Part shown: piece by piece, positions 46,522-55,332 of the stretch
Layout of the letters: every line of letters starts with the position of its first letter
Numbering within the stretch: position 1 is the stretch's first letter
Origin: Thermoanaerobaculia bacterium
Lineage (GTDB): Bacteria > Acidobacteriota > Thermoanaerobaculia > UBA5066
Direction of reading: 5' to 3'
NCBI GenBank assembly: GCA_041482235.1
Contig: JBGPDK010000002.1
Location: 1 to 59,267 of the forward strand
DNA: 59,267 nucleotides
Made by a program: the position numbers and the translations under genes
Notes under the pieces: model-generated
Database searches by the model: none
What the model was told of the DNA's origin: nothing
What the model saw: only the letters and a program-made list of their open reading frames with translations

Positions 46522-47489
46522 TCGTCGACTGCGGCATCTACGACGGCGGCATCCGCCGCCCCGGCACGTTCTCGTTCGAGCAGGCGTTCGAAGCTTCGAA
46601 GGGCCCGGGGACGTATGTCTGGCTGGGTCTCTACGAGCCGACGGAAGGGGAATTCGCGTCGGTGAGGTCCGCGTTCGAGCTCCACGAGCTCGCCGTCGAG
46701 GACGCGCTCAAGGCCCACCAGCGCCCCAAGCTCGAGGTGTACGACGACACGCTGTTCGTCGTGATCAAGACGGCGCGTTACGTCGACCGCGAGGAGGTCG
46801 TGACGCTCGGCGAGATCCTCCTTTTCGTCGGGGCGAACTTCGTCGTCGTCGTGCGCCACGGCGAGGGGAGCCCGCTCGTCGAGACCCGAAAGAGAGTGGA
46901 GAAGAGGCCCGAGCTTCTCGCGTGCGGCCCCGGCGCCGTCCTCTGGGCGATCGTCGATCACGTCGTCGACGACTACCTCCCGGTTTTGCACGGCCTCGAG
47001 CGCGACATCGACGAGGTCGAGGACGCCGTGTTCTCGCCGAAGGAGGACAACCCGGCGGAACGGATCTACTTCCTCAAGCGCGAGCTCATGGAGTTCCTGC
47101 GCGGGGTGCGCCCGCTGCTCGACCCGCTCGACCGGCTCGCCCGCGGGAACTTCGCCCTCCTGCACGAGGACGTGCGCCCGTACTTCCGAGACGTCAACGA
47201 CCATCTCGTTCGCGTCGTGGAGCAGCTCGAGGGAGACCGCGACCTCCTGACGAGCATCCTGCAGTCCAACCTGACGCAGCTCTCGATCAGGCAGAACGAG
47301 GACATGCGGAAGATCTCCGCGTGGGCGGCGATCCTCGCGGTGCCGACGATGATCGCGGGGATCTACGGGATGAACTTCCAGCACATGCCCGAGCTGAAGT
47401 CCCCTTGGGGCTACCCCTTCGCGCTCTCTCTCATGCTCGCCGTCTGCGGCGGACTCTGGAAGGCGTTCAAGCGGTCGGGCTGGCTGTAG
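46518..47489 (+). CDS. corA: magnesium/cobalt transporter CorA
   Basis: Soluble N-terminal domain (WLGLYEPTEGEF...LHELAVEDA), two C-terminal TM helices and the YGMNF signature. GTGA overlap with ade. Confidence 0.85.
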   Translation: MIVDCGIYDGGIRRPGTFSFEQAFEASKGPGTYVWLGLYEPTEGEFASVRSAFELHELAVEDALKAHQRPKLEVYDDTLFVVIKTARYVDREEVVTLGEILLFVGANFVVVVRHGEGSPLVETRKRVEKRPELLACGPGAVLWAIVDHVVDDYLPVLHGLERDIDEVEDAVFSPKEDNPAERIYFLKRELMEFLRGVRPLLDPLDRLARGNFALLHEDVRPYFRDVNDHLVRVVEQLEGDRDLLTSILQSNLTQLSIRQNEDMRKISAWAAILAVPTMIAGIYGMNFQHMPELKSPWGYPFALSLMLAVCGGLWKAFKRSGWL

Positions 47490-47501
47490 GAAGAAAGGAC
47501 G

Positions 47502-47969
47502 TCATTTCACAGCGGGGCCGCCGCCGAACATGGCGCGGCGCTGCTGTTTGTGGGCGGCGATCCATCCGTCCAGCTTCGCCCGCTGCTCGGGCGTGAGCAC
47601 CGCGTCGATCTCGGCCCGCGCGGCCTTCATCTTGGCCGCGGCGGTCTGGCCGTCCGCCCTCAACCTCAGGAACGCGGCGCCCACGACTGCGGGGTCCGGG
47701 TTCGCCACGGAGGCGGCGGCCTTCAGGGCTTCGCGGTCCGCCTTCGCCTGCGCGTGGAAGGCAACGGCCTCGTCCTTGTGCGAAACGAGAATGGCCTTGA
47801 CGCTGTCCTTCTGGTCGTCGGTCAGGTCCAGCGTCGCCATTGCCGCGCGGATCCCGCGTACGAAACGTCCGGGCGCGGGTTGAGCGAAGGCCGTCCCGGC
47901 CGCGAGGGCGCCGGCCACCAGCAGGGCCCCGGCACCGAAGAGCTTCTTCTGGAATGTGTTGTGGTTCAT
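47502..47969 (-). CDS. periplasmic Spy/CpxP-family (LTXXQ motif) protein
   Basis: Signal peptide (GALAAGTAFA) and two LTxxQ motifs (LDLTDDQKD, VLTPEQRAKLD). I chose the internal ATG, which has AAGGA upstream. Confidence 0.7.
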   Translation of the reverse strand: MNHNTFQKKLFGAGALLVAGALAAGTAFAQPAPGRFVRGIRAAMATLDLTDDQKDSVKAILVSHKDEAVAFHAQAKADREALKAAASVANPDPAVVGAAFLRLRADGQTAAAKMKAARAEIDAVLTPEQRAKLDGWIAAHKQQRRAMFGGGPAVK

Positions 47970-48012
47970 TTTTCCGTCCTTGCGGCGGGCTTGATGTCCG
48001 CCGACAGGGATG

Positions 48013-48039
48013 AGACGCACGGACCGCGGGAACGTTTAC
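48013..48039 (-). promoter_or_regulatory. candidate ECF-type promoter (GTAAAC-N16-CGTCT) for the Spy-like gene
   Basis: The minus strand reads GTAAACGTTCCCGCGGTCCGTGCGTCTCA, an AAC ... CGTC arrangement with a 16-nt spacer. It lies just after the anti-sigma stop, about 45 nt upstream of the Spy-like ATG. Confidence 0.3.
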
Positions 48040-48043
48040 GTCC

Positions 48044-48796
48044 TCAGAACCTCTCCCCCACGAGCACGATCGCGCCCGTGGGCTTCGCGACGCCTCCCTT
48101 CGGCTCGACGGAGACCGCGAACTTCACGGGCGCCTCCCCGAGGTTCTCCTGCTTCGAGATCGGGATGACGGTCGCACCGTCCGCGCGCGCGTCGAAGGTG
48201 CCGGCGGGGACGGGCTGGTCGCCCACGAAGGCCCACAGCTCGTAGCTCTGCTCGAGCGGCAGCGGGGGGAGCCCGCTGACCCAGAGGATTCCCTGCTTCG
48301 ACTCCGGATGCCACAGGAGCTTCGCCCTCGCGTTCGGGTTCGCCTCGAGACCCTTCAGCAGAGCGATCTGCACGCGCGGATCCTTCAGCCACGCGACCTC
48401 GTGCTCCTTCTCCTTCAGCTCGCGGTCCCTGTCGTGGAGCATCCCCTCGAGCTGCGCGACGTTCGCGCGCGTCGCGCCGAGGTCGGCGCGCGTCGCATAC
48501 CAGAGCGCTCCGAACGCGGCGGCAAGCATGAACGACGCGGCCACGCCGAGCGCCCAGATCATCGTCGTCAGGCCGCGGTCCGGCATCGCGGGAGTGTCAG
48601 GAGGGCCGGGGGCCGCCTGGTCCTCTCCCTGGATCCGCCAGAGGACGCGCCCCTTCAGCTCGGGTGGAGGCGCGACCTCGGGCGGCGCGGGCGCACCCTC
48701 TTCCGTCGCGTCCAGCTCGGCCGTGAGGGCGTCGCACCACGCCGCGAGGTCGGCCGCGAGCAGGGAGGCCCGGGGGTCGATGCGGTCGTCAGCCAC
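48044..48796 (-). CDS. anti-sigma factor (RskA-type C-terminal domain)
   Basis: One TM (MIWALGVAASFMLAAAFGALWY) and a periplasmic RskA-like block (YELWAF...PAGTF...FAVSVEPKGG). Overlaps the sigma gene by 8 nt. Confidence 0.7.
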   Translation of the reverse strand: MADDRIDPRASLLAADLAAWCDALTAELDATEEGAPAPPEVAPPPELKGRVLWRIQGEDQAAPGPPDTPAMPDRGLTTMIWALGVAASFMLAAAFGALWYATRADLGATRANVAQLEGMLHDRDRELKEKEHEVAWLKDPRVQIALLKGLEANPNARAKLLWHPESKQGILWVSGLPPLPLEQSYELWAFVGDQPVPAGTFDARADGATVIPISKQENLGEAPVKFAVSVEPKGGVAKPTGAIVLVGERF

Positions 48797-49352
48797 GGCC
48801 GGCCCCTCCTTCCCCCGCGGCGATCGCCTTGAGCTTCGCGAGACCCGAGCGCGTGCGGCTCTTCACCGTGCCGAGCGGCTCGTTCAGGCGTTCGGCGATC
48901 TCTTCCTGGGTGAAGCCGTCGAAGTACGCGAGGCGAAGGACCGCCTGCTCGTTCGAGGACAGCTTGCCGAGGCAGCGCCCGACGTAGTCGCGCAGCGCGG
49001 CGGCCTCCTGCCCGCCGTCGCTCGCGCCCGCGCGATCGAGCGACTCGTCCGGTGCGGCCGAAAAGCGCTGCTCGACCGAGCGCCGGCTGCGCCAGCGGTC
49101 GAGGGCGCGGCTTCGCGCGATCGTGAACAGCCACGTCTTCACCGACGCGCGCGTCGCGTCGAAACGGCCCGCGTCGCGCCACACCTGAACAAAGACCTCC
49201 TGCAGCACGTCTTCCGCATCCCTCGCGTCCTTGAGGATACGAACGCAGAAGCCGAAAAGGACCGGCGCGTACCGGTCATAGAAGAGGCCGAACGCGTCGC
49301 GGTCGCCCGCGGCGATCCGCGCGAAGAGCTCGGGGTCGGCCAGCGCGCTCAC
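48789..49352 (-). CDS. ECF-type sigma-70 family RNA polymerase sigma factor
   Basis: Region 2 (DAEDVLQEVFVQVWR) and region 4 HTH (VLRLAYFDGFTQEEIAERLNEPLGTVKSRTRSGLAKL). The GTG start at 49352 gives 187 aa. The longer ORF to 49469 would collide with the parC start. Confidence 0.85.
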   Translation of the reverse strand: MSALADPELFARIAAGDRDAFGLFYDRYAPVLFGFCVRILKDARDAEDVLQEVFVQVWRDAGRFDATRASVKTWLFTIARSRALDRWRSRRSVEQRFSAAPDESLDRAGASDGGQEAAALRDYVGRCLGKLSSNEQAVLRLAYFDGFTQEEIAERLNEPLGTVKSRTRSGLAKLKAIAAGEGGAGRG

Positions 49353-49467
49353 GATGAACTCGCGGGCAGCGTGACCGCCCGACCGAAAGGTGTCAAGCAC
49401 CGGGTGTGTACGGAACCGCCGCGGCGTGCGGTTTGACGCCCCCGGACGGGGCCGGTACCGTCGCCTC

Positions 49468-51792
49468 ATGTCGAAGAGAAAGCTCTCCTCCGCGGGCGGC
49501 CAGTCGCCCCTGCCGTTCGACGCCGAGATCCCGCTTCCCGAAGAGGCCCGGCGCCGGTACCTGAACTACGCGCTGTCGGTCATCACGTCGCGCGCGCTCC
49601 CGGACGTGCGAGACGGCCTGAAGCCGGTGCAGCGGCGGATCCTCTTCGCGATGTTCCAGAACCTGCACCTCACGCCGGACGCGAAGTTCAAGAAGTCCGC
49701 CTCGGTCGTGGGCGACGTCATCGGCAAGTATCACCCGCACGGCGACGTGGCGATCTACGACGCGATGGTGCGCATGGCGCAGCCCTTCTCGCTGCGCGCG
49801 CCGCTCGTGGACGGGCACGGCAACTTTGGCTCCCTCGACGGCGATTCGGCGGCGGCCTACCGATACACCGAGGCGCGGCTGCGCCCGCTCGCGATCGAGC
49901 TTCTCTCCGAGATCCGAAAGAACACGGTCGACTGGCGCCCGAACTTCGACGGTGTCCATTTCGAGCCGGTCGTCCTGCCGGCCCGCTATCCGAACCTGCT
50001 CATCAACGGCGCGACGGGCATCGCCGTGGGCATGGCGACGTCGATCCCGCCGCACAATCCCGTCGAGGTGCTCGACGCCGCGATCGCGGGCGTGGACGAC
50101 GCCGATTCCGATCCGCTGAAGTACATCAAGGGCCCGGACTTTCCGACGGGCGGGCTCCTCGTCTCCGGCAAGCGCGAGCTGCGCGCGATCTACGAGACGG
50201 GGCAGGGCACGCTCAAGCTGCGCGGCGAGTGGGAGGTCGAGGACGCGGCGCGAGGAGCCCAGACGATCGTCATCACGTCGATCCCCTACGCGCAGGAGAA
50301 GGCCTCGCTCGTCGCGAAGATCGCGGACGTCATCCTCGAACGCAGGCTGCCGGCCCTCGTGGACGTGCGCGACGAGTCCACCGAGGACGTGCGCATCGTC
50401 CTCGAGATCAAGCGCGAGACCGACGCCGCGCTCGTCATGACGTACCTCTACAAGCACACGCCGCTCGAGTCGACGGTGCCCGTGAACCTGACCTGCCTCG
50501 TCCCGACGGCGAATCCCGACGTGTGCGAGCCCGCGCGCCTTCCGCTCGCCGCGATCCTCCGGCACTTCCTCGACTTCCGCTTCGAGACGGTGCGGCGTCG
50601 GTTCGTCTTCGACCTCGAGGAGCTGAGGCGGCGCATCCACCTCCTCAAGGGCTTCATCGTCATCTACGACGCGCTCGACGAGGCGATCCGCATCATCCGC
50701 AAGTCCGACGGCAAGGCCGACGCCGCCGGGAAGCTCATGACGCGCTTCTCGCTCGACGAGGAGCAGGTCGAGGCGATCCTCGAGACGAAGCTCTACAAGC
50801 TCGCGCGGCTCGAGATCGACGCGATCCGCGCGGAGCTGAAGGAGAAGAAGGTCGAGGCCGCGGCGATCGAGGCGATCCTCAAGGCGCCGAAGAGGCTCTG
50901 GAACGAGGTGAAGGGTGAGCTCGCCGAGGTGCGAGAGACGCTCGCGGGCGAGCGGCGGAGGACGAAAGTTTCCGCGAGCGTCGAGGAGCCCACGTACGAC
51001 GCCGAGGCTTTCATCCAGCACGAGGACACGTACGCCGTCGTGTCGCAGGACGGCTGGCTGAAGCGCCAGCGCGAGATGAAGGACCCGAAGTCCACGCGCC
51101 TGAGGGAAGGCGACGAGGTCCTCGCGGTCCTGCAGGGCTCCACGAAGGAGCCGGGTGTCCTCTTCTCAAATCACGGCACCGCGTACGTGCTGAGGCTCAA
51201 CGACGTGCCGCCCTCGACGGGCCACGGCGAGCCCGTGCAGAAGCTCTTCAGGTTCGGAGACGGCGAAAGGGTCGTCGCCGCGCTCTCCCTCGACCCGCGC
51301 ATCACGCGGCCCAGGAACGTCACGCTCCTCGCCGTCACGCGGCGGGGGCTCGTCTTTCGCTTCTCGGCGGATCCGCTCCGCGAGGTCACGACGCGGGCTG
51401 GCCGGCGCTTCGCGAAGCCCGCAAAGGGCGACGAGATCGCCTCCGTGTTCGTCTGCGACGAGAAGGACCTCGTGGCCCTCGCGTCCGAGAAAGGCCGCGC
51501 GATCCTCTTCCCGGCGTCCGAGGTCCCCGTCCTCGCGGGGCCGGGGAAGGGCGTCCTCGGCTTCAAGCTCGCGCCGGACGACCGCCTCGTCGGCGCGGCC
51601 CTGTTCGGCGACGACGAGAAACGCGCCCAGCTCGTCCTCGTCAACACGAAAGGCACCGAGCACGCCGTGACGAAAAGGTACGCCACGGTTTCACGTGGGG
51701 GCAAGGGCTTCGAGCTCATCAAGCGCGACCGGCTCGTGAAGGCGCTGCCGCCGGACCTCGTTCTCGTAGACTTCGAGGGGAAGGGGGGCTGA
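49468..51792 (+). CDS. parC: type IIA topoisomerase subunit A (ParC/GyrA family, ParC-like)
   Basis: [47 protein letters not shown] and the catalytic Tyr block [10 protein letters not shown]. The YLNY, KPVQRRI and AKFKKSA variants resemble ParC more than GyrA. No B subunit is adjacent. Confidence 0.8.
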   Translation: MSKRKLSSAGGQSPLPFDAEIPLPEEARRRYLNYALSVITSRALPDVRDGLKPVQRRILFAMFQNLHLTPDAKFKKSASVVGDVIGKYHPHGDVAIYDAMVRMAQPFSLRAPLVDGHGNFGSLDGDSAAAYRYTEARLRPLAIELLSEIRKNTVDWRPNFDGVHFEPVVLPARYPNLLINGATGIAVGMATSIPPHNPVEVLDAAIAGVDDADSDPLKYIKGPDFPTGGLLVSGKRELRAIYETGQGTLKLRGEWEVEDAARGAQTIVITSIPYAQEKASLVAKIADVILERRLPALVDVRDESTEDVRIVLEIKRETDAALVMTYLYKHTPLESTVPVNLTCLVPTANPDVCEPARLPLAAILRHFLDFRFETVRRRFVFDLEELRRRIHLLKGFIVIYDALDEAIRIIRKSDGKADAAGKLMTRFSLDEEQVEAILETKLYKLARLEIDAIRAELKEKKVEAAAIEAILKAPKRLWNEVKGELAEVRETLAGERRRTKVSASVEEPTYDAEAFIQHEDTYAVVSQDGWLKRQREMKDPKSTRLREGDEVLAVLQGSTKEPGVLFSNHGTAYVLRLNDVPPSTGHGEPVQKLFRFGDGERVVAALSLDPRITRPRNVTLLAVTRRGLVFRFSADPLREVTTRAGRRFAKPAKGDEIASVFVCDEKDLVALASEKGRAILFPASEVPVLAGPGKGVLGFKLAPDDRLVGAALFGDDEKRAQLVLVNTKGTEHAVTKRYATVSRGGKGFELIKRDRLVKALPPDLVLVDFEGKGG

Positions 51793-52643
51793 TGGAGGTC
51801 GTCCTCGCCGAGAAGTACGGGTTCTGCGCCGGGGTGCGCGTGGCGGACAAGCTCGTCCGCATCGCGGCGGCGAAGGGCCAGAAGGGGGCGATCTTCGGGC
51901 AGGTCGTGCACAACGAGAGCGTCGAGAACGAGATGGCCCGGCTCGGCTTTCCCACGGTCCAGGATCTCGCCGGCGCGAGGGCGCACGAGGCGCGCATCGT
52001 CTTCTCGGCGCACGGCGTCGCGCCGTCCGTGCGCGCCGAAGCGGCGTCGCTGGGCCTCACGACCATCGACACGACGTGCAAGTTCGTGACGGACATCCAC
52101 AAGGAGATCACGAAATCGCTTCAGGACGGCTGTTTCATCGCGCTCCTCGGACAGGCGGATCACCGCGAGGTCGTCGGATACACGAAGGATCTCGACCCCG
52201 CGCGCTACCGCGTCTTTTACAGGCTCGAAGAGGTGACGTCCTTCGACTGGTCGCGCGTCCCGCGCGTCAAGATCGTCTTCCAGACCACCATCAACTCCGA
52301 GTCCTTCGCGCCGCACGTCGAGGAGATCCGCCGCCGCGTCGCGGACACGCGCATCGCCGACACGATCTGTTACGCGACGAAGGAGAACCAGGACGCCCTG
52401 CGCGTCCTCTGCGACGACGCCTCCATCGACGCGATCGTCGTCATCGGCGGGAAGAACAGCAAGAACACGAAGGAGCTCGCGCGCATCGCACAGGCGAAGA
52501 AGCCGACGTTCCTGATCGGGACGGCCGCGGAGCTCGACCTCGCCAGGCTCGCCGGAATGAAGAAGATCGGCGTCTCGGCGGGAGCGTCGACGCCGGACTA
52601 CGATGTCGAGGCCGTGATCGAAAGGCTCGAGGCCGCACCGTGA
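51792..52643 (+). CDS. ispH: 4-hydroxy-3-methylbut-2-enyl diphosphate reductase
   Basis: [22 protein letters not shown] and the TCKFVT and ICYAT cysteine blocks. 1-nt overlap with parC. Confidence 0.9.
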   Translation: MEVVLAEKYGFCAGVRVADKLVRIAAAKGQKGAIFGQVVHNESVENEMARLGFPTVQDLAGARAHEARIVFSAHGVAPSVRAEAASLGLTTIDTTCKFVTDIHKEITKSLQDGCFIALLGQADHREVVGYTKDLDPARYRVFYRLEEVTSFDWSRVPRVKIVFQTTINSESFAPHVEEIRRRVADTRIADTICYATKENQDALRVLCDDASIDAIVVIGGKNSKNTKELARIAQAKKPTFLIGTAAELDLARLAGMKKIGVSAGASTPDYDVEAVIERLEAAP

Positions 52644-54034
52644 GCGCTCCTGAAATCGCCCCGTCGTCCTCCCAGCCGCCCGCGGCCAACGAGGGATTTG
52701 CCACGCTCGAAACGGTTTTCGAGGCTCTCGGGCGCGCGGCCATCGTCCTGGACAGCGAGTTCCGGATCCTGCGCGCCAGCTTCACCCTCGACGAGATCGC
52801 GGGCCCTGGGACGGTGGCCTCCATGCTCGGAAGGCCGATCGAGGAGCTGGTCGGCGCGAAACTGTTCGGGCCCGCCGACACGCTGCGCGAGGCCCTGACG
52901 AACGGGCGGCGGGAGGAGGGCCGTCGCGCCGTCCTGCGCTGCGGCGCGGGCAGCGCCCGGCTCGTCTCGCTGACGGCGGCCGTGATCCCGCAGCACGTCT
53001 CGAACCACTGTGATCCGCGCGCCCGGTATCTCGTCGTGGTTCGGCCCGCCGAGGACGACGACAGCCTTCTGCAGAGCATGATCGCCTCGCACGGCCTCGT
53101 GGCCCGCTCGCCGGCGATGCTGCGGATCGTCCATCTCGTCGAGTCGCTCTCCCAGAGCACCGCCACGGTCCTGATCACGGGCGAGAGCGGCACCGGCAAG
53201 GAGGTCATCGCCCGGACGCTGCACGTGAACTCGCTCCGCAGCACGGGCCCGTTCGTGGCGGTCAACTGCGGGGCCCTGGCGGGCGAACTGCTCGAAAGCG
53301 AGCTGTTCGGCCACGTGAAGGGCGCGTTCACGGGAGCGGTGAGGGACCGCGTCGGACGGCTGGAGCTGGCGCGCGGCGGCACGATCTTCCTCGACGAGAT
53401 CGGGGACGTGCCGCTGCACCTGCAGGTCAAGCTCCTGCGCGTCCTGCAGGAGCGGCAGTTCGAGCGCGTCGGTGAGAGCACGCCGCGCACGATGGATGCA
53501 CGGATCATCGCCGCGACGAACCAGGACCTCCTGGAGATGATCCGGGCGGGGCGTTTCCGTGAGGATCTCTACTACCGCCTGCGCGTCGTCCCGATCCACC
53601 TTCCGCCGCTGCGTGAGAGGCCGGAGGACATCGCCCTCATCGCACAGCACCTCCTCGCGCACATCGGCGGCCGCGCGGGCCGGGCGCTGCGCCTCTCGCC
53701 CGACACGCTGAACGTGCTGGAGACCTGCCCCTGGCCCGGAAACGTTCGCGAGCTCGAGAACGCGCTGGAATACTCGGTCGCGCTCTGCGCGGGTCAGACG
53801 ATCCAGATCGAGGACCTCCCGCCGGAACTCCGCAGGGCGGAGTCTTCGTCTCCGTCTTCGGAGGCGTTGACGCCGCCCACTGTGTCACTGGCCGAGTCTC
53901 CCCCCCACCCCGAACGCGAGCGGATCGTGAAGGCGCTAGCGTCACATCGCTGGAACCGGCATCGCGCCGCGCAGGCCCTCGGCGTGAGCCGCAGCACGCT
54001 CTGGAGGCGCATGCGCGAGCTGGGGATCGAGTGA
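52640..54034 (+). CDS. sigma-54-dependent transcriptional activator (PAS, AAA+, Fis-type HTH)
   Basis: PAS-like N-terminus, Walker A GESGTGKE, the GAFTGA sigma-54 contact loop and a C-terminal HTH ([24 protein letters not shown]). GTGA overlaps on both sides. Confidence 0.85.
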   Translation: MSAPEIAPSSSQPPAANEGFATLETVFEALGRAAIVLDSEFRILRASFTLDEIAGPGTVASMLGRPIEELVGAKLFGPADTLREALTNGRREEGRRAVLRCGAGSARLVSLTAAVIPQHVSNHCDPRARYLVVVRPAEDDDSLLQSMIASHGLVARSPAMLRIVHLVESLSQSTATVLITGESGTGKEVIARTLHVNSLRSTGPFVAVNCGALAGELLESELFGHVKGAFTGAVRDRVGRLELARGGTIFLDEIGDVPLHLQVKLLRVLQERQFERVGESTPRTMDARIIAATNQDLLEMIRAGRFREDLYYRLRVVPIHLPPLRERPEDIALIAQHLLAHIGGRAGRALRLSPDTLNVLETCPWPGNVRELENALEYSVALCAGQTIQIEDLPPELRRAESSSPSSEALTPPTVSLAESPPHPERERIVKALASHRWNRHRAAQALGVSRSTLWRRMRELGIE

Positions 54035-54432
54035 GCTCGCGGCGCGACTTTCTGGGTGAGCTCTGGCGCTGGACGGGAGGCGCGCTCCTTTTCGCCTCGG
54101 CGCTGATCCTGCATCGCGTCCTGCGCGCGGCCGCGCCGGCTCCGCGCGAGACGACCCTCTCGCCCGAGGCGGTCTCGCGGGCGATCGCGGAGGGCGGAGC
54201 GGAGCTGGGGGGTCTCTTCGTCACCGGCCCGCCGTCGGCGCCGACGGCTCTCTCGCTCACTTGTACGCACCTCGGCTGCCGCGTGCGGCCGGCGTCCTCC
54301 GGCGGTTTTGCCTGTCCGTGTCACGGCAGCCGCTTCGCCGTCGACGGCAAACGAACTTTTGGACCGGCCCGGGCGCCCCTTGCGCGCGCTTCTCTCGAGC
54401 GGCGTGGAGCCTCGTGGGTGACGCGGCTCTGA
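54031..54432 (+). CDS. Rieske [2Fe-2S] protein with a TAT-like N-terminus
   Basis: SRRDFLG twin-arginine-like start plus the CTHLGC ... CPCHGS cluster boxes. Confidence 0.85.
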   Translation: MSSRRDFLGELWRWTGGALLFASALILHRVLRAAAPAPRETTLSPEAVSRAIAEGGAELGGLFVTGPPSAPTALSLTCTHLGCRVRPASSGGFACPCHGSRFAVDGKRTFGPARAPLARASLERRGASWVTRL

Positions 54433-55301
54433 CGGAAGCTCCGGCCGGCGGAGCGAGGTCCTCGTCCGGCGACCTCGGGCGGCTCGCCTTCGGATTCCTC
54501 GCGGTCAGCGCCCTGAGCGGTCTCGCGCTCGTCCCCTTCTTCTCGCCGGCGCACGCTCTCGAAAGCCTCGAGCGCCTCCACGGCGGCATGCCGTGGGGAT
54601 TCTTCCTGCGGGCGCTTCATGCCTACTCGAGCTTCGGCCTTCTCGTGACGGCGGTGGCCCACCTCGTTCAGGTCCTCGCGCGGCGGACCGAGCGCCAGCT
54701 CTCGGCCGGCTCGTGGTGGCGTTCCGTCCTCCTTCTTCCGCTGACGCTCCTCGCGCTCCTGAGCGGCTTCGTCCTGCGAGGCGATGCGGCGGCCGCCGAG
54801 GCCCTGCCCGTCGGGAGCCGGATTGCCGAGACGGTGCCTCTCATCGGGCCGGAGCTCCAACGCCTTCTCCTCGGAGTGATACCGGGAGACCTGGGCGCGA
54901 TCTCCCTCCATCACGCCGGGACGCTCACGCTCCTCCTCTGGCTCATCACGGCCGAGCACGGCCGGCGCCTCGTCCCTGACGCGCGCTCGCTGGTCCTCGC
55001 GGGCCTCGTGTCGGCGTCGCTGGCGGGGACGGTGCCCTTGCCGCTCGGTCCGCCTCCGGGCGCGTTTTCCGGCGGGGCCGCGCGGGTCCTTCTCGGCCCC
55101 TGGTATCTCCTCGGGCTGCAGGGCGCCCTTGTCGACCTGCCGGTTCCTTCGGCCTGGCTGGCTCCGCTTCTCCTCGTTCTCCTTCTCGGTTTCGTCCGGC
55201 ACGCGGACCGCGCGCGCAGACTCGTCGTGGTGCTCCTCGCGGGGTGGGTTGCCGCCTACGCGGCTTTCACCGTGCGGATCCTGCTGCTCGCGAGGAACTG
55301 A
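54414..55301 (+). CDS. cytochrome b (bc/b6f-type, single fused polypeptide)
   Basis: Multiple TM helices with haem-ligand His ([34 protein letters not shown]) and a PWY motif ([10 protein letters not shown]) at the PEWY position. GTG start overlaps the Rieske gene end. Confidence 0.7.
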   Translation: MGDAALTEAPAGGARSSSGDLGRLAFGFLAVSALSGLALVPFFSPAHALESLERLHGGMPWGFFLRALHAYSSFGLLVTAVAHLVQVLARRTERQLSAGSWWRSVLLLPLTLLALLSGFVLRGDAAAAEALPVGSRIAETVPLIGPELQRLLLGVIPGDLGAISLHHAGTLTLLLWLITAEHGRRLVPDARSLVLAGLVSASLAGTVPLPLGPPPGAFSGGAARVLLGPWYLLGLQGALVDLPVPSAWLAPLLLVLLLGFVRHADRARRLVVVLLAGWVAAYAAFTVRILLLARN

Positions 55302-55332
55302 ACGGTACACGTCTTGCTGTTCGGAGGGCCGA

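Noticed and set aside
24259-49469. Longer upstream starts offered by the ORF track for the M23 peptidase (24408), prolyl oligopeptidase (34766), VWA protein (40445), Spy-like protein (48020) and ECF sigma (49469).
   Set aside because: In each case the extension is Arg/Pro-rich and precedes a clear signal peptide or conserved N-terminus, or it collides with the neighbouring gene. Internal starts give ATGA/GTGA coupling or an RBS. The VWA start remains ambiguous.
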